Source of the DNA: Minisyncoccota bacterium
GTDB lineage: Bacteria > Patescibacteriota > Minisyncoccia > Phycocordibacterales > UBA6065
Direction of reading: 5' to 3'
Assembly (NCBI GenBank): GCA_041661645.1
Contig: JBAZUA010000002.1
Location: 19,670 to 83,669 of the forward strand
Length of the DNA stretch: 64,000 nucleotides
A program made the translations under genes and the position numbers. Below are positions 63,862-64,000 of the stretch, one piece after another; position 1 is the first letter of the stretch, and every line of letters begins with the position of its first letter. The notes beneath the pieces are model-generated. The model saw nothing but the letters and a program-made list of their open reading frames with translations, ran no database searches and was not told where the DNA came from.

Positions 63862-64000
63862 TTATTTTGAGGAGGGCTTTTTCGTCGGCTTAGCTGACTT
63901 CGCCGCCTTGGCAATCTTGGCACCGGCTGCCTTGGCCGCATCGGTTCCCGCGACCCATCCCGTGGTCCAGCAGAGCTGGAGGCTGTATCCGCCCGATGGC
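63862..64000 (-). CDS. C-terminal fragment of a gene continuing beyond the window. It has a Lys/Ala-rich tail.
   Basis: The reverse-strand frame ends ...AKIAKAAKSAKPTKKPSSK*. It is partial. Confidence 0.3.
   Translation of the reverse strand, partial: PSGGYSLQLCWTTGWVAGTDAAKAAGAKIAKAAKSAKPTKKPSSK

Noticed and set aside
1-64000. CRISPR arrays, rRNA genes, and additional tRNAs.
   Set aside because: No regularly spaced short direct repeats were found, and no rRNA-like conserved stretches. Only one sequence folds convincingly as a tRNA.

Overview
Accessory-rich 64-kb window from a moderately GC-rich bacterial genome with small genes and many hypotheticals. A CPR/Patescibacteria-like origin is only a weak guess. 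The main contents are: (i) A retron-type reverse transcriptase at 2704-3612 with an upstream non-coding region of about 230 nt bracketed by a 12-bp inverted repeat, the expected a1/a2 arrangement of a retron msr/msd RNA, but with no co-oriented effector gene. (ii) A tRNA-Gln(CUG) at about 36431-36504 on the minus strand. It anchors an integration hotspot in which a 40-bp direct repeat (14500-14539 and 36397-36436) brackets an island of about 21.9 kb. Further copies of an att-like core (gtcctgagcga) lie at 13765, 18787 and 19625, two of them about 50 nt downstream of serine-recombinase 3' ends. One large serine recombinase is intact and one has lost its 5' end. (iii) Island cargo on the minus strand includes an operon of a SNF2 helicase carrying a C-terminal array of about 12 SGK-type repeats, a DUF2779-like nuclease/exonuclease fusion, an M23 peptidase and a multi-zinc-ribbon protein. 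Cargo on the plus strand includes a ParB-MTase fusion and small and large terminase subunits. An AT-rich two-gene operon of unknown function sits next to the att site. (iv) A second AT-rich nuclease cluster at 56934-59289 contains Vsr, a PD-(D/E)xK plus EVE/PUA-like protein, an X-HNH endonuclease and a GIY-YIG protein, which resembles a modification-dependent (type IV-like) restriction module. (v) Core functions include NAD salvage (pncB-nadD-nadE with the NrtR regulator and a nearby isochorismatase/nicotinamidase-like gene), a TerY-P-like triad (PP2C phosphatase, protein kinase, vWA), extracytoplasmic flavinylation genes (FMN-binding protein, ApbE, DoxX), a RelE/DinJ toxin-antitoxin pair, a PIF1-like helicase, LexA, DgkA, a DEAD-box helicase and a standalone IMP cyclohydrolase domain. 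(vi) Nucleoside 2-deoxyribosyltransferase-like, NUDIX and HAD modules recur in three places. No CRISPR array or rRNA was seen. My hand-derived coordinates may be off by 1-2 nt.
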